A DNA stretch of 64,000 nucleotides from a virus: the IMG/VR virus record IMGVR_UViG_3300031669_005808; one strand, 5' to 3'. Below are positions 27,233 to 36,245 of this stretch, one piece after another. Each line of letters starts with the position of its first letter. Positions within the stretch are counted from its first letter, which is position 1. The notes under the pieces are model-generated. The model worked only from the letters and a program-made list of their open reading frames with translations, was not told the origin of the DNA and searched no databases. Position numbers and translations under genes: made by a program.

Positions 27233-27731
27233 CTCTTACCTCTTCCTGTAAAATGTAATCCATACGAGATATAGGAAAGAACCGCACTTCATTGAAAAAG
27301 CTAGTCTTTGCTATAATAGGGAATATCGATTGAATAAATGCCAACACGTTCTTAAACTTTGTGCCAACACACAACCCAAATATGCTATCATCTAAGAATA
27401 AGTATAATTGAAATTTGCGCTCCTTAAAGGATATCTTCTGAATGATATTGATATCATAGGGGCTTAGTTTTCTTTGTCTCACCGCTGCATTATTAATCAA
27501 AATATTAAATACAAAATATGCAATATAATTCGTAAGATGTTTTATATTCTCGAATTCTATCGTATCATTCCTATCCAAATTACAAAAATTTGTGATATCG
27601 GATAACAATGTCACATCAATATTTAGAAATCCTCTCGTACATGACTCAATAAAATTCTCAATACTGCTAAAACTCGCTGTCTCTAATTCCCCCGCCTCCT
27701 CTAATAACTCATTAAAAATCAACTTTTTCAT
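27219..27731 (-). CDS. Hypothetical protein
   Basis: ORF track. Confidence 0.6.
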   Translation of the reverse strand: MKKLIFNELLEEAGELETASFSSIENFIESCTRGFLNIDVTLLSDITNFCNLDRNDTIEFENIKHLTNYIAYFVFNILINNAAVRQRKLSPYDINIIQKISFKERKFQLYLFLDDSIFGLCVGTKFKNVLAFIQSIFPIIAKTSFFNEVRFFPISRMDYILQEEVRDVEN

Positions 27732-27746
27732 CTCTCTAACCTCATT

Positions 27747-28412
27747 TTAATCCTGTTTAATTTTTTCAACTTCAATATAGGGTTCCTCCTCAGAACTTGA
27801 TAAGGACTCCGGATCAAAGTCAATACTGTATACTGTAGGGGAATTATAAATGAAGGCTTGCTTATGGGTAACCCCTAAGATATTCAAATTCATATTTTCA
27901 GACAACCCTTTAATGAATTTTAGGGTTGAAGGAATATATTTATCCGCAATGAAACTAAAACTCTCATCATAAACTACAAAAGGATACCTTTTTAACATAA
28001 CATTACACAAAATCTTCATTACAATAGCAACTACCGCCCAGATACCTCCACCATTCGATTTGAGGGTACCTTTATTTCCATCCTTATACAAAACTATCTG
28101 GTGGACATTTATATTTCTCTTGATTGTGGACTCAATCTTAACTTCCAAATTCATATCCCAAAATATAGAGGATAACGCCGAATCTAGTAAACTTTCAATT
28201 TTTTTGATATTCTGAGTGCTAACCATATCTACAATATTTTGAAGATAAGCACTAGATAAATGCATCGCCTGTAAGGTGTGTGCTAAACTATTTTTGAGAC
28301 TCGTCCTTTCATATAATTCTCTGGACATGATTTCAATATCATGCTTCAATACAGCCCTATTCTCATATAACCCTATTAAGCACTCCCCCGCAAAACTTCG
28401 TATGTCTTCCAT
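27747..28412 (-). CDS. SbcC/Rad50 C-terminal half (signature motif, Walker B, H-loop)
   Basis: SNGGG signature-like motif, VVYDESFS Walker B/D-loop, GVTH H-loop; no Walker A. Confidence 0.75.
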   Translation of the reverse strand: MEDIRSFAGECLIGLYENRAVLKHDIEIMSRELYERTSLKNSLAHTLQAMHLSSAYLQNIVDMVSTQNIKKIESLLDSALSSIFWDMNLEVKIESTIKRNINVHQIVLYKDGNKGTLKSNGGGIWAVVAIVMKILCNVMLKRYPFVVYDESFSFIADKYIPSTLKFIKGLSENMNLNILGVTHKQAFIYNSPTVYSIDFDPESLSSSEEEPYIEVEKIKQD

Positions 28413-28445
28413 ATAACTACCTCTAACTTAAATTTTAATAGATAC

Positions 28446-29009
28446 TTAGTACAGCAAGATTGTAACCTTCACTGTAACATCATAATTCCCGCTCGTATTT
28501 ACTGGAACAAAAAACTCAACTAATACTGAGACATCTTCAGAAATCTGTAATATCTCTCTCGTCTCACATAAAGATTTAATTTCTTTCTCAATATTATACG
28601 CCGCAATAGCTAAAGAATGATAATTGCCATTAGGAACAAACTTTAAACCCTCTTCCCCAATTTCATCTATTACTGTGTAATCCCTATGTAATATAACCGG
28701 ACCCCAAGGGTTACTGTATTCCTGATCAAAATTAGGAAAGTAATTGGAATTGAAAGAGGATGATAAAGATACCCCCACAAATCCTTTCCCAAATTGAATG
28801 GAGGAATTATCCTCACAATATGCTTCATTCTTCATATCCTTAATGTAATCAGAATATGAAATAGGTAAAAATTCCATAACTTTGCGTATATCGCTAACTC
28901 TCAAAGGATTAATAACCTTTGATAACTTCCTACCTAAGGAGTTATAATCTTTCTCACTCAAATACCCGTTTTTCTCGTAATACTTTATATCCAAATTCTC
29001 AAAACCCAT
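28446..29009 (-). CDS. Hypothetical protein
   Basis: ORF track. Confidence 0.6.
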   Translation of the reverse strand: MGFENLDIKYYEKNGYLSEKDYNSLGRKLSKVINPLRVSDIRKVMEFLPISYSDYIKDMKNEAYCEDNSSIQFGKGFVGVSLSSSFNSNYFPNFDQEYSNPWGPVILHRDYTVIDEIGEEGLKFVPNGNYHSLAIAAYNIEKEIKSLCETREILQISEDVSVLVEFFVPVNTSGNYDVTVKVTILLY

Positions 29010-29093
29010 ATCATGACACCTCCACTATTAATGATATTCCCATTAATACTTTATTAAAAGATGTTTATCATGATAGGGGTTTTTTTGAATCTC

Positions 29094-30434
29094 TTACAAA
29101 CTTATGTCCTCATCATCTTCCTTATTCATAAGTTTGGATACATCCAGGACTTTTCCCCTCTTATCAATTCTAGTATGATCTTTCTCCGGAGGAGTATCCT
29201 GACCTTTTATCTCATCCTCGGTAAAGTCATTTGAATTTACTTCCTCCAAGATAGATCCTCCATTCTCCGAAATTAATTTATATATGAGTTTTTTTCCATC
29301 CTCTACCGCTTCACTATTATTTATAAATTCCTCCTCACATTTAGGCTTAGATCCGGTTGCAGCCCATTCGGGAATAGCTAATCCTAGATAGGTTAGCTTA
29401 CCCCTAGTTTGTCTCAATCTACCTTGCTTCTTTAAGATGGACATTACATCCCTACCCTCATTCCAACCCCCTTTGATAGCACCTCTAGGGAAATCAAAAT
29501 GAGTGTTATATTTTTGTCTTGGAGTACCAACTTTGTTTTTAACATTCATTACTTTTATTATCTGCCCAATCAATGCTTTCTCACTCTCACCACTAAACAA
29601 ATTAGTTCCAAATTCATCTAATTGCTGTCCACCATAATCTAGCTTCATACGAACTGAAGCGTAGTATCTTAAGGTATTTCCCCCCGTAGTAGTCTCATTA
29701 TCATCATATTGAAAACCAAAACCTTGTCCGGATCCAGATTTATTTCTAGGATTGGTATCGATTTTAGACCTCATTTGATTTGCAAGAATAAGCGCAGCAT
29801 TTTTAATCCTTGCAAATCTTCTAAACTTGACTACCATCCTCCCCACTGTGGCAGCATGTAACCCAATTCTAGGAGTATCGGATAGAGCACACTCGATCAA
29901 AGCCTTAGGCCTCATCGCATCTATAGAATCGATTGCTACAATATCGATATTGGGTAGATCCCATAATTTATCTAATATAACATCCCCCTCCTCAGCAGTA
30001 TCCGGTTGAAATACTATAAAAGTCTCACCATCCTCCTCCAAACCAAAAGTAGTCTTAGCATAGTAAGACTCCCAGCCATTTTCAAAATCGAACAAAATAC
30101 TTAATCCCTTTTTTCTTTGGACCCCAGCACAAGCTGAGTATATAATTGAGGACTTCCCACAATGTTCCGGACCGAATATCTCTGTAATCCTTCTTCTTGG
30201 AAAACCTCCCCCAAATCTACAATTAGTTACCATATCGTAAATGAAATTTCCAGAGGGTATAAATTCCACTGCTTTTCCAGGTTCAGAAATAATATCCGGA
30301 TTAGTTTTTTTAAAGGTCTTTTTTATATCCGCCAGGATGGATTGAGTTGTGGCCTCATTTCCTTTACTTTCGGTATCCTCCTCTTCCTCGAAACTATCAT
30401 CAGTTATACTTTTACTTTTCTTTTTATAAGCCAT
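29094..30434 (-). CDS. recA: RecA/UvsX recombinase
   Basis: GGFPRRRITEIFGPEHCGKS, VFQPDTAEE, IDSI, ANQMR, TTGGNTLRYYASVRM, KNKVGTP. Confidence 0.92.
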   Translation of the reverse strand: MAYKKKSKSITDDSFEEEEDTESKGNEATTQSILADIKKTFKKTNPDIISEPGKAVEFIPSGNFIYDMVTNCRFGGGFPRRRITEIFGPEHCGKSSIIYSACAGVQRKKGLSILFDFENGWESYYAKTTFGLEEDGETFIVFQPDTAEEGDVILDKLWDLPNIDIVAIDSIDAMRPKALIECALSDTPRIGLHAATVGRMVVKFRRFARIKNAALILANQMRSKIDTNPRNKSGSGQGFGFQYDDNETTTGGNTLRYYASVRMKLDYGGQQLDEFGTNLFSGESEKALIGQIIKVMNVKNKVGTPRQKYNTHFDFPRGAIKGGWNEGRDVMSILKKQGRLRQTRGKLTYLGLAIPEWAATGSKPKCEEEFINNSEAVEDGKKLIYKLISENGGSILEEVNSNDFTEDEIKGQDTPPEKDHTRIDKRGKVLDVSKLMNKEDDEDISL

Positions 30435-30786
30435 AAACTATTACTCCTTTTTCTTTAATGCTTTTATCGTATCGCCTTAGGATCTCAATATATCTTAAAG
30501 CTCTCACCTTTGTGAAACCATATTTTTTCATGAGTGCAACCTTAAACAAATATTCCCCTCTGAATTGATACATGCGATACAATTCCTGATCAATGTGAAA
30601 TTCCTGAATCAATATATTTATGATATGCAATATTTCTACCCGACTCATGTTTAAATTCTTTTCCGCGTACCATACAACTTTAAACCTCCCCTCATCTCTT
30701 AATATATCTTTTAGTTTGAAATGGTAAAAGTAAAATCTTCTTATCTTAAGAACTAAACTATTGATGATTGGTTTATAATTGAACAT
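30424..30786 (-). CDS. Hypothetical basic protein
   Basis: ORF track; overlaps the recA start. Confidence 0.55.
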   Translation of the reverse strand: MFNYKPIINSLVLKIRRFYFYHFKLKDILRDEGRFKVVWYAEKNLNMSRVEILHIINILIQEFHIDQELYRMYQFRGEYLFKVALMKKYGFTKVRALRYIEILRRYDKSIKEKGVIVYGL

Positions 30787-30822
30787 CTTAAATTTCCTTT
30801 ACAATAACTTTATTTAGAGCTT

Positions 30823-30905
30823 GGAGAGGGTATACAGTAGCCATGCACCCTCTCCCACACCACGAGTAAATTATTATACAAATTGATCAAAAATGTATAA
30901 TAATT
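30823..30905. repeat. Two adjacent intergenic inverted repeats
   Basis: ggagagggt/accctctcc (30823-30855) and aattattataca/tgtataataatt (30869-30905). Confidence 0.7.
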
Positions 30906-30949
30906 GAACAGCCCACCGTTAGCTCTCATCAAGTATATGTCTTACCCCA

Positions 30950-31567
30950 TTATTCTATCACCTCCGCCTCATTATCAAAAAGATACTTATACATCTCTCT
31001 ATAAAAGGCATATATGGCCATATCATATTCCATAGTATGTTTAAAAGCTAATTCAGCTAGACTCATCCTATCAGGATTACATATATCCCCATACACCCTT
31101 AGATCATCCAAGACCTGATTATATTGAGAGGGATTTGACAGAACAACAACTTGATTGAAATTCTTCGCCGCCGCTCTTAAAAGAGTGACCCCACCAATAT
31201 CAATATTCTCAATTGCATCTTCTAAGGTTATATCCTCTTTTTTAATAACTTCCTGAAAAGGATATAGATTGACAACAACCATATCAATAGGGTGATACCC
31301 ATATTTATCCAAGGTACTCGTATCCTTATCCGAATCCGTGGCTAAAATTCCCCCATAAAGTTTAGGATGTAAAGTCTTCACTCTTCCCTCCAAGATCTCA
31401 GGAGCTCCGGTGTATTCTGATACATCCGTAACGGGGATATCATGTTCCCTTAAATATTTGGCAGTTCCTCCAGTGGATAAGATATCAAACCCATTATTCA
31501 CAAGCCCCTTTGCAAACCAATCCAAATTTGTCTTATCCGACACACTGATTAACGCTAATTTATTCAC
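30950..31567 (-). CDS. purH: IMP cyclohydrolase (N-terminal MGS-like half of PurH only)
   Basis: ALISVSDK, LSTGGTA, GRVKTLHPK, VVVNLYPF, IDIGGVTLLRAAAKN. Stops at 205 aa with no AICAR transformylase domain. Confidence 0.85.
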   Translation of the reverse strand: MNKLALISVSDKTNLDWFAKGLVNNGFDILSTGGTAKYLREHDIPVTDVSEYTGAPEILEGRVKTLHPKLYGGILATDSDKDTSTLDKYGYHPIDMVVVNLYPFQEVIKKEDITLEDAIENIDIGGVTLLRAAAKNFNQVVVLSNPSQYNQVLDDLRVYGDICNPDRMSLAELAFKHTMEYDMAIYAFYREMYKYLFDNEAEVIE

Positions 31568-31728
31568 CCTTTATTCCTTTCATTATGATTTTTATTGATT
31601 CCACACCAGGGAGGAGTGCATGGATTATGATCAAGGCTTTCTAATATAGCTATTCTCCTCTTTGATCTCTCACATATACCTTCTATATCCGTAATTTCTA
31701 AGGTTAATTTTACTTTCTTGCCATTCAT
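31564..31728 (-). CDS. 54-aa ORF whose first 14 aa duplicate the C-terminus of ORF 32044-32244
   Basis: Manual translation MNGKKVKLTLEITDIEGICERSK...; its stop overlaps the purH GTG start. Confidence 0.45.
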   Translation of the reverse strand: MNGKKVKLTLEITDIEGICERSKRRIAILESLDHNPCTPPWCGINKNHNERNKG

Positions 31729-32093
31729 TTTATTCTTCCCCTTTGTATATGTTATTGTATTGAGGATATTTACCTTTAATCACCTTTAAAAATTCAGGAC
31801 GCCCTTGATACATATTATACAAAATTTCTACAGCCTCTTTCTCAGTATTCACAAAAGAAAAACTAGAGGAATCCTTAAACCAGCAAGATTCCCCTTTAGG
31901 GTATGTTTTGCTGATCGGAAACTTAACGATAACTTTCTTAGGTGTCTCTCTTATAACCTCAACTTTTTGTATGGGGCTATAAATTAAATCTGAATGTACA
32001 TATTTATCAACTCTATACATAATTTTCATTTAAATATTCTCCATTAATCAGTAATCTCTAAAGTTAATTTTACTTTCTTGCCATTCATTTTAT
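31691..32093. repeat. 43-bp direct repeat (31691-31733 and 32051-32093) flanking one gene
   Basis: 41/43 identical, period 360. Confidence 0.85.
31730..32029 (-). CDS. Hypothetical protein in a repeat-flanked cassette
   Basis: ORF track. Confidence 0.6.
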   Translation of the reverse strand: MKIMYRVDKYVHSDLIYSPIQKVEVIRETPKKVIVKFPISKTYPKGESCWFKDSSSFSFVNTEKEAVEILYNMYQGRPEFLKVIKGKYPQYNNIYKGEE

Positions 32094-32244
32094 GATCCAC
32101 AAAATCTTTGGGTAGCCTCCTTACTAACTCCCCAAAGATTTCATCCTCTGTGTAAAATCGTAATTCTTTTTCATATATAGCAAATTGGGAGGAAACATAC
32201 TTCCCAATTCTACCATACATTTCCGATTTTAATGGATTACTCAA
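32044..32244 (-). CDS. Hypothetical protein
   Basis: ORF track. Confidence 0.55.
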   Translation of the reverse strand: MSNPLKSEMYGRIGKYVSSQFAIYEKELRFYTEDEIFGELVRRLPKDFVDHKMNGKKVKLTLEITD

Positions 32245-32677
32245 AAATCAAAGCCTCCAATTTGGCTATAACATCCTTTTTGATTTTTTCACTCCGGCCA
32301 TATTTTAAGACATCTAAACATTCTTTCAGGATATCTTTAGGTTTACTTGGATACTTGATATACCTCGTACCTGTTTCTACATAATTTTCTCTACCCTCAT
32401 CCCCATCCTCAAAATCCATATCACTTGTTAACCGAATCTTTGAATCCCCCGCCCAATCAAATATCTTCTCTGACAAATCCTTAAAATACCCCACTGAGGT
32501 TGATTCATCAAAACTAGGCGCGATATGAAAAAAAATACCATGATACAGCTCATAGGGGGATTTGTATCGATTTTTGATAAGTATTTCATTCTTATCAAAT
32601 AACATAAACCAATTTGGCTTCCCTAAATAAAACAACTCTTTTTCCTCTTCTTTTACTAAATAATATTCGATTCCCAT
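32237..32677 (-). CDS. Hypothetical protein
   Basis: ORF track. Confidence 0.6.
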   Translation of the reverse strand: MGIEYYLVKEEEKELFYLGKPNWFMLFDKNEILIKNRYKSPYELYHGIFFHIAPSFDESTSVGYFKDLSEKIFDWAGDSKIRLTSDMDFEDGDEGRENYVETGTRYIKYPSKPKDILKECLDVLKYGRSEKIKKDVIAKLEALIFE

Positions 32678-32688
32678 TTTATTCCTCC

Positions 32689-33279
32689 TTATTTAAGCGA
32701 TCTATTACTCCAAACCCTATCCATGAGCTTCAAGTAACACTGTTTAATTACCTTCGCGTCATATGACGCATTATGTTTTAATGAAGAATCCTCCAAATCT
32801 ATAAATTTTTCACGACTGATATTCGGATCAATACCTTTCAATTTAAACAAGGTGCAAATATCAAAGGGGATATAATATACATTAGAAGGTATATTAAAGG
32901 CATCACCCCAAAGATTGTTAAACAAAACCCAATCATATGCCAAACAATCGGACCAGATCTCCACAGAGGGGAATTCCTTTAACCATATCTCAAGACCCCT
33001 TCTTATCATACCAGTATCACTTCGCATCTTAACATCCGACTTCTCTAACTCGGATAATGTAGGATCAAATCTAATCTTACTATAATATTCACCCTCATCT
33101 TCAGAAGGATAGCTCAAATTAGATATTACATTATCCTTGATCCAATCATCAACTTGATTTTGATCATAATCATTAAATTCCCCATAAAATTCTCTCCCAT
33201 CCATGGCCACAAGCCCTATTGAGATCAAAGTAGTATTTTGATGCAACCCCGTAAATTCAGTATCTAAAAATATTTCCAT
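32689..33279 (-). CDS. DEDD 3'-5' exoribonuclease (Rv2179c-like)
   Basis: IFLDTEFTG, LISIGLV, YDWVLF, HNASYDA. Confidence 0.8.
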   Translation of the reverse strand: MEIFLDTEFTGLHQNTTLISIGLVAMDGREFYGEFNDYDQNQVDDWIKDNVISNLSYPSEDEGEYYSKIRFDPTLSELEKSDVKMRSDTGMIRRGLEIWLKEFPSVEIWSDCLAYDWVLFNNLWGDAFNIPSNVYYIPFDICTLFKLKGIDPNISREKFIDLEDSSLKHNASYDAKVIKQCYLKLMDRVWSNRSLK

Positions 33280-33283
33280 ATTA

Positions 33284-34468
33284 TTATCCTTTCACCACTC
33301 CTAGCGGATATAATTTCACTAAAGGTTTAACTAAATCCTCTTGATTTTTCATAACATCCTCGATATTCTTATATGCCTGAGGAGCTTCTCCAAAATCATA
33401 AATACCTGATTTATTCTTTGTCCAGGTTCTATGAAATACCCCCTCCATACTTCTATCACATTCCTCCAGAGTTAACTTTCTGGAGGCTCCCATCCTGCCC
33501 ATAACTCTTCCCGCACCATGGGAACAACTGCAAAAACTCTCTCTGTTTCCCAGTCCCTCAACAATATACGAGGCTGTACCCATACTCCCCGGAATGATAC
33601 CAATTTCACCCTTTTTAGCTGAAGTGGCGCCCTTTCTATGAACCCAAACATTGTGTCCATAATGATTCTCTAAAGCGGCATAATTATGATGTATGTCAAT
33701 AGCATCCTCAAAGGTGCAATTCCCCACAACCTCCCTAAATGCTTTTTTAACCTCCTCAGAAATCAAATGTCTATTCAATTCAGCAAAATTCAGAGCAGCT
33801 TTCATATCATCAATATATTCCCTGGCCTCACGAGAGCCTATAGGAAGAAAGCCTAAATCCCACTTAGGATCTACCTCAGAATGCCACAACTCATTAAGAT
33901 CATTGGCCTTACCCATATAATGATCACAAACCTTCTTACCAAAATTACGGCTCCCACAATGAATCATAAAATATATTCGACCTAAATCATCTCTCTGAAT
34001 CTCAATAAAATGATTTCCTCCCCCAAGAGTTCCTAATTGAAGACCCATATTGGCCATTTGCTCTTTGAGGATCACTCCAGACCCCATTTTATCTGGAGAA
34101 AAAGATATTGGATTCTCTCGCCAGTTAAATCCTACAGGAACTATCTTATAAATCAAGCCTATGATATCTCTTATTTCATGATCCGTAATTCCCGTTAAAG
34201 AGGTTTTTACCGAAAGCATACCACACCCAATATCCGATCCCACAGCCGCAGGAATAAGACCATCTTTACAAGGCATGACCGAACCGATTGGAACTGACAT
34301 CCCTAAGTGAGCATCCGGCATAAGTGCGATATGATGAAAAGCTAAAGGATGATTTGACGCATTAAGAGCTTGAGTAATTACATTTGAAAACTTTATATCA
34401 AAATCACTCATATCCTCAGCATCTAACCAAGCTTGGATTGGTATTTTACCATCTAATATTTTAATCAT
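33284..34468 (-). CDS. rtcB: RtcB RNA ligase
   Basis: MPDAHLG, VGSDIGCG, LGTLGGGNHFIE, HCGSR, HHNY, HRKGAT, PGSMG, SHGAGR, EAPQAYK. Confidence 0.95.
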   Translation of the reverse strand: MIKILDGKIPIQAWLDAEDMSDFDIKFSNVITQALNASNHPLAFHHIALMPDAHLGMSVPIGSVMPCKDGLIPAAVGSDIGCGMLSVKTSLTGITDHEIRDIIGLIYKIVPVGFNWRENPISFSPDKMGSGVILKEQMANMGLQLGTLGGGNHFIEIQRDDLGRIYFMIHCGSRNFGKKVCDHYMGKANDLNELWHSEVDPKWDLGFLPIGSREAREYIDDMKAALNFAELNRHLISEEVKKAFREVVGNCTFEDAIDIHHNYAALENHYGHNVWVHRKGATSAKKGEIGIIPGSMGTASYIVEGLGNRESFCSCSHGAGRVMGRMGASRKLTLEECDRSMEGVFHRTWTKNKSGIYDFGEAPQAYKNIEDVMKNQEDLVKPLVKLYPLGVVKG

Positions 34469-34528
34469 GACTCTCCCTCTTATAAGTTATCTTGAATTTG
34501 TCTTTAAATAATGCATATATCATGCCTA

Positions 34529-34621
34529 TTATTTTTTTACTTCACCTAAAACAATCCATATTGTAACAAATATTAAAGTTACAATATGAGCAGAAATTAT
34601 TAAAGATGCAATTTCAAACAT
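34529..34621 (-). CDS. 30-aa hydrophobic peptide, copy 2
   Basis: MFEIASLIISAHIVTLIFVTIWIVLGEVKK*, with AGGAG RBS. Confidence 0.55.
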   Translation of the reverse strand: MFEIASLIISAHIVTLIFVTIWIVLGEVKK

Positions 34622-34747
34622 AATATCATTCTCCTATTTTTTCTTTACTTCACCTAAAACAATCCATATTGTAACAAATATTAAAGTTACAATATGAGCA
34701 GAAATTATTAAAGATGCAATTTCAAACATAATATCATTCTCCTATTT
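34536..34747. repeat. Exact tandem duplication, 104 bp identical, period 108
   Basis: 34536-34639 equals 34644-34747 by manual comparison. Confidence 0.92.
34634..34729 (-). CDS. 31-aa hydrophobic peptide, copy 1
   Basis: MFEIASLIISAHIVTLIFVTIWIVLGEVKKK*, with AGGAG RBS. Confidence 0.55.
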   Translation of the reverse strand: MFEIASLIISAHIVTLIFVTIWIVLGEVKKK

Positions 34748-35543
34748 GAATAAATTCTTGAACTTTAAGTTCACCATATTTGCTACCCGCCGATCTTGCC
34801 AAGATATTTGGACGGATTTGAGCCATACCAGAACTATGTGTATGACCACTCAAAACAAGCATATCTTTAATAGCGTCATATTGTGTAGTTTCCAATAACG
34901 CATCTCCCGCCGCCTTGCAGGCAAAATGAGGTAAATAATCCTTATCACTTAAATTACCCTCATGCCAGCAGCACTTATCAAAAGGAGGAACATGAGTTAA
35001 TACGATGACACTCCTGAAAGATTCCAGGGCCTCAAAAGATTTAGTATGCAAATATTTTGAGGCCTCATCCCCCAGTTTATTCAATTCTTTGTGTAAAAGA
35101 TCCTCTGTAGGTTGGAATCTAAAATCATCAATCATGATGTAATCATTCATACTCTTTGTTGCAGAACTACTAAAGAAAGCTCCATATCTTCCATCCGCCC
35201 AGCAATCATGCCCTATTAGACAAGTATCCTTGGATAATTTTACTACTCCTTCCTGAGGAAGATATTTCAATTGAAAATATTTAGAGGTGATAATATTAAC
35301 CTTCTCTTGAACTTTCTCAATTGAGGAACCATAATAATCATGATTTCCTAATACAAAATAGATGGGACAAGAAATATAGTTTAACATGTACTCTAAACTA
35401 CGACATAAATTCGATGAAGTATCTATATCCCCACCAATCAGAATAGCATCCGGCTTCTTTGAATTCAGATTAATGAAGAATTTATCGATTTTATCTCGGC
35501 TTACAAAATTTAAATGTAAATCGGATAGCCATGCAATTTTCAT
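34734..35543 (-). CDS. Icc/CpdA-like metallophosphoesterase
   Basis: SDLH, GGDI, GNHDYY, LTHVPP, GHTH. Confidence 0.8.
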   Translation of the reverse strand: MKIAWLSDLHLNFVSRDKIDKFFINLNSKKPDAILIGGDIDTSSNLCRSLEYMLNYISCPIYFVLGNHDYYGSSIEKVQEKVNIITSKYFQLKYLPQEGVVKLSKDTCLIGHDCWADGRYGAFFSSSATKSMNDYIMIDDFRFQPTEDLLHKELNKLGDEASKYLHTKSFEALESFRSVIVLTHVPPFDKCCWHEGNLSDKDYLPHFACKAAGDALLETTQYDAIKDMLVLSGHTHSSGMAQIRPNILARSAGSKYGELKVQEFIQIGE

Positions 35544-35587
35544 AAACTTACCTCCTTAAATAAATGTTAACTTCTAATCTATCTTAT

Positions 35588-35623
35588 ATTATATATTCGA
35601 TTCGAATTCAAGAAATTTTACAC
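35588..35623 (-). promoter_or_regulatory. Conserved bipartite promoter-like motif, copy 5
   Basis: Exact N12 spacing plus TATAAT. Confidence 0.8.
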
Positions 35624-35630
35624 CTTCCCC

Positions 35631-35939
35631 CTATAAAGATTCTGTACTCACAATAATACTTTTATCCTTATCAATAAGATATCTACCCTGAGCTATACGA
35701 TTTAAAGTCTTAGGAAATATCTTGAAATCCCCTTCCTCTTTAAGCTCAGATTGTTTAATATCGGCAAAAATATCTACACTTAATTTATCGAGAATATTAC
35801 CCACAAGAACCGGATCTGATATCTCAAATATAGGCCCATTATCTAACTCTTCAGTGACTAAATGGGTTGTGGATCGGATATATTTTTCCCCCGCTAAAAT
35901 AGCATCCTTTACCGCATGAGCTCCCACATATTTTCTCAT
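35631..35939 (-). CDS. C-terminal fragment of a PurN-like formyltransferase
   Basis: KYVGAHAVKDAILAGE...THLVTEELDNGPI...E.KIFPKTL. The upstream NIHP catalytic motif and the N-terminal half are absent. May be a pseudogene. Confidence 0.65.
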   Translation of the reverse strand: MRKYVGAHAVKDAILAGEKYIRSTTHLVTEELDNGPIFEISDPVLVGNILDKLSVDIFADIKQSELKEEGDFKIFPKTLNRIAQGRYLIDKDKSIIVSTESL

Positions 35940-35982
35940 ATCCTTCCCCCACTTAAATTTATATTGTATAAGTTAATTAAAA

Positions 35983-36056
35983 AGGGGCTAACGGGATTCG
36001 AACCCGTGATTCTCGCCGTGAAAGGGCGATGTATTAGACCGCTCTACTATAGCCCC
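35983..36056 (-). tRNA. tRNA-Glu (UUC)
   Basis: Acceptor GGGGCTA/TAGCCCC, anticodon arm TCGCC-CTTTCAC-GGCGA, T loop GTTCGAATCC. No CCA encoded. Confidence 0.92.
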
Positions 36057-36215
36057 TTAAAAATAATGAGGAGGTGGAAAGCCAATATAGAGAAAAAGGA
36101 ATGTGAAAAAATCCCTATATGGCAATGTTCCACCCCTGAAATATGTAGGGGGCGAAGGGCCTATATGAGAAAAGAAATATTAAGAATCTCATACAAGCGA
36201 TAACACACCCCCCTC

Positions 36216-36245
36216 AATTCAATCTAACCTCATGAAATTTTACAC
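36216..36245 (-). promoter_or_regulatory. Degenerate 14th copy of the promoter-like motif, upstream of tRNA-Glu
   Basis: GTGTAAAATT-N12-ATTGAATT. Confidence 0.5.

Noticed and set aside
30424-30786. RecX call for the ORF upstream of recA
   Set aside because: Helical and basic, but no RecX three-helix repeat motifs are recognisable; adjacency alone is insufficient.
31568-31730. ZTP (pfl) riboswitch upstream of purH
   Set aside because: The interval is occupied by a 54-codon ORF overlapping the purH start, and I see no riboswitch-like conserved elements.
35916-36203. Plus-strand 95-aa ORF
   Set aside because: It runs antisense through tRNA-Glu and is most likely spurious.
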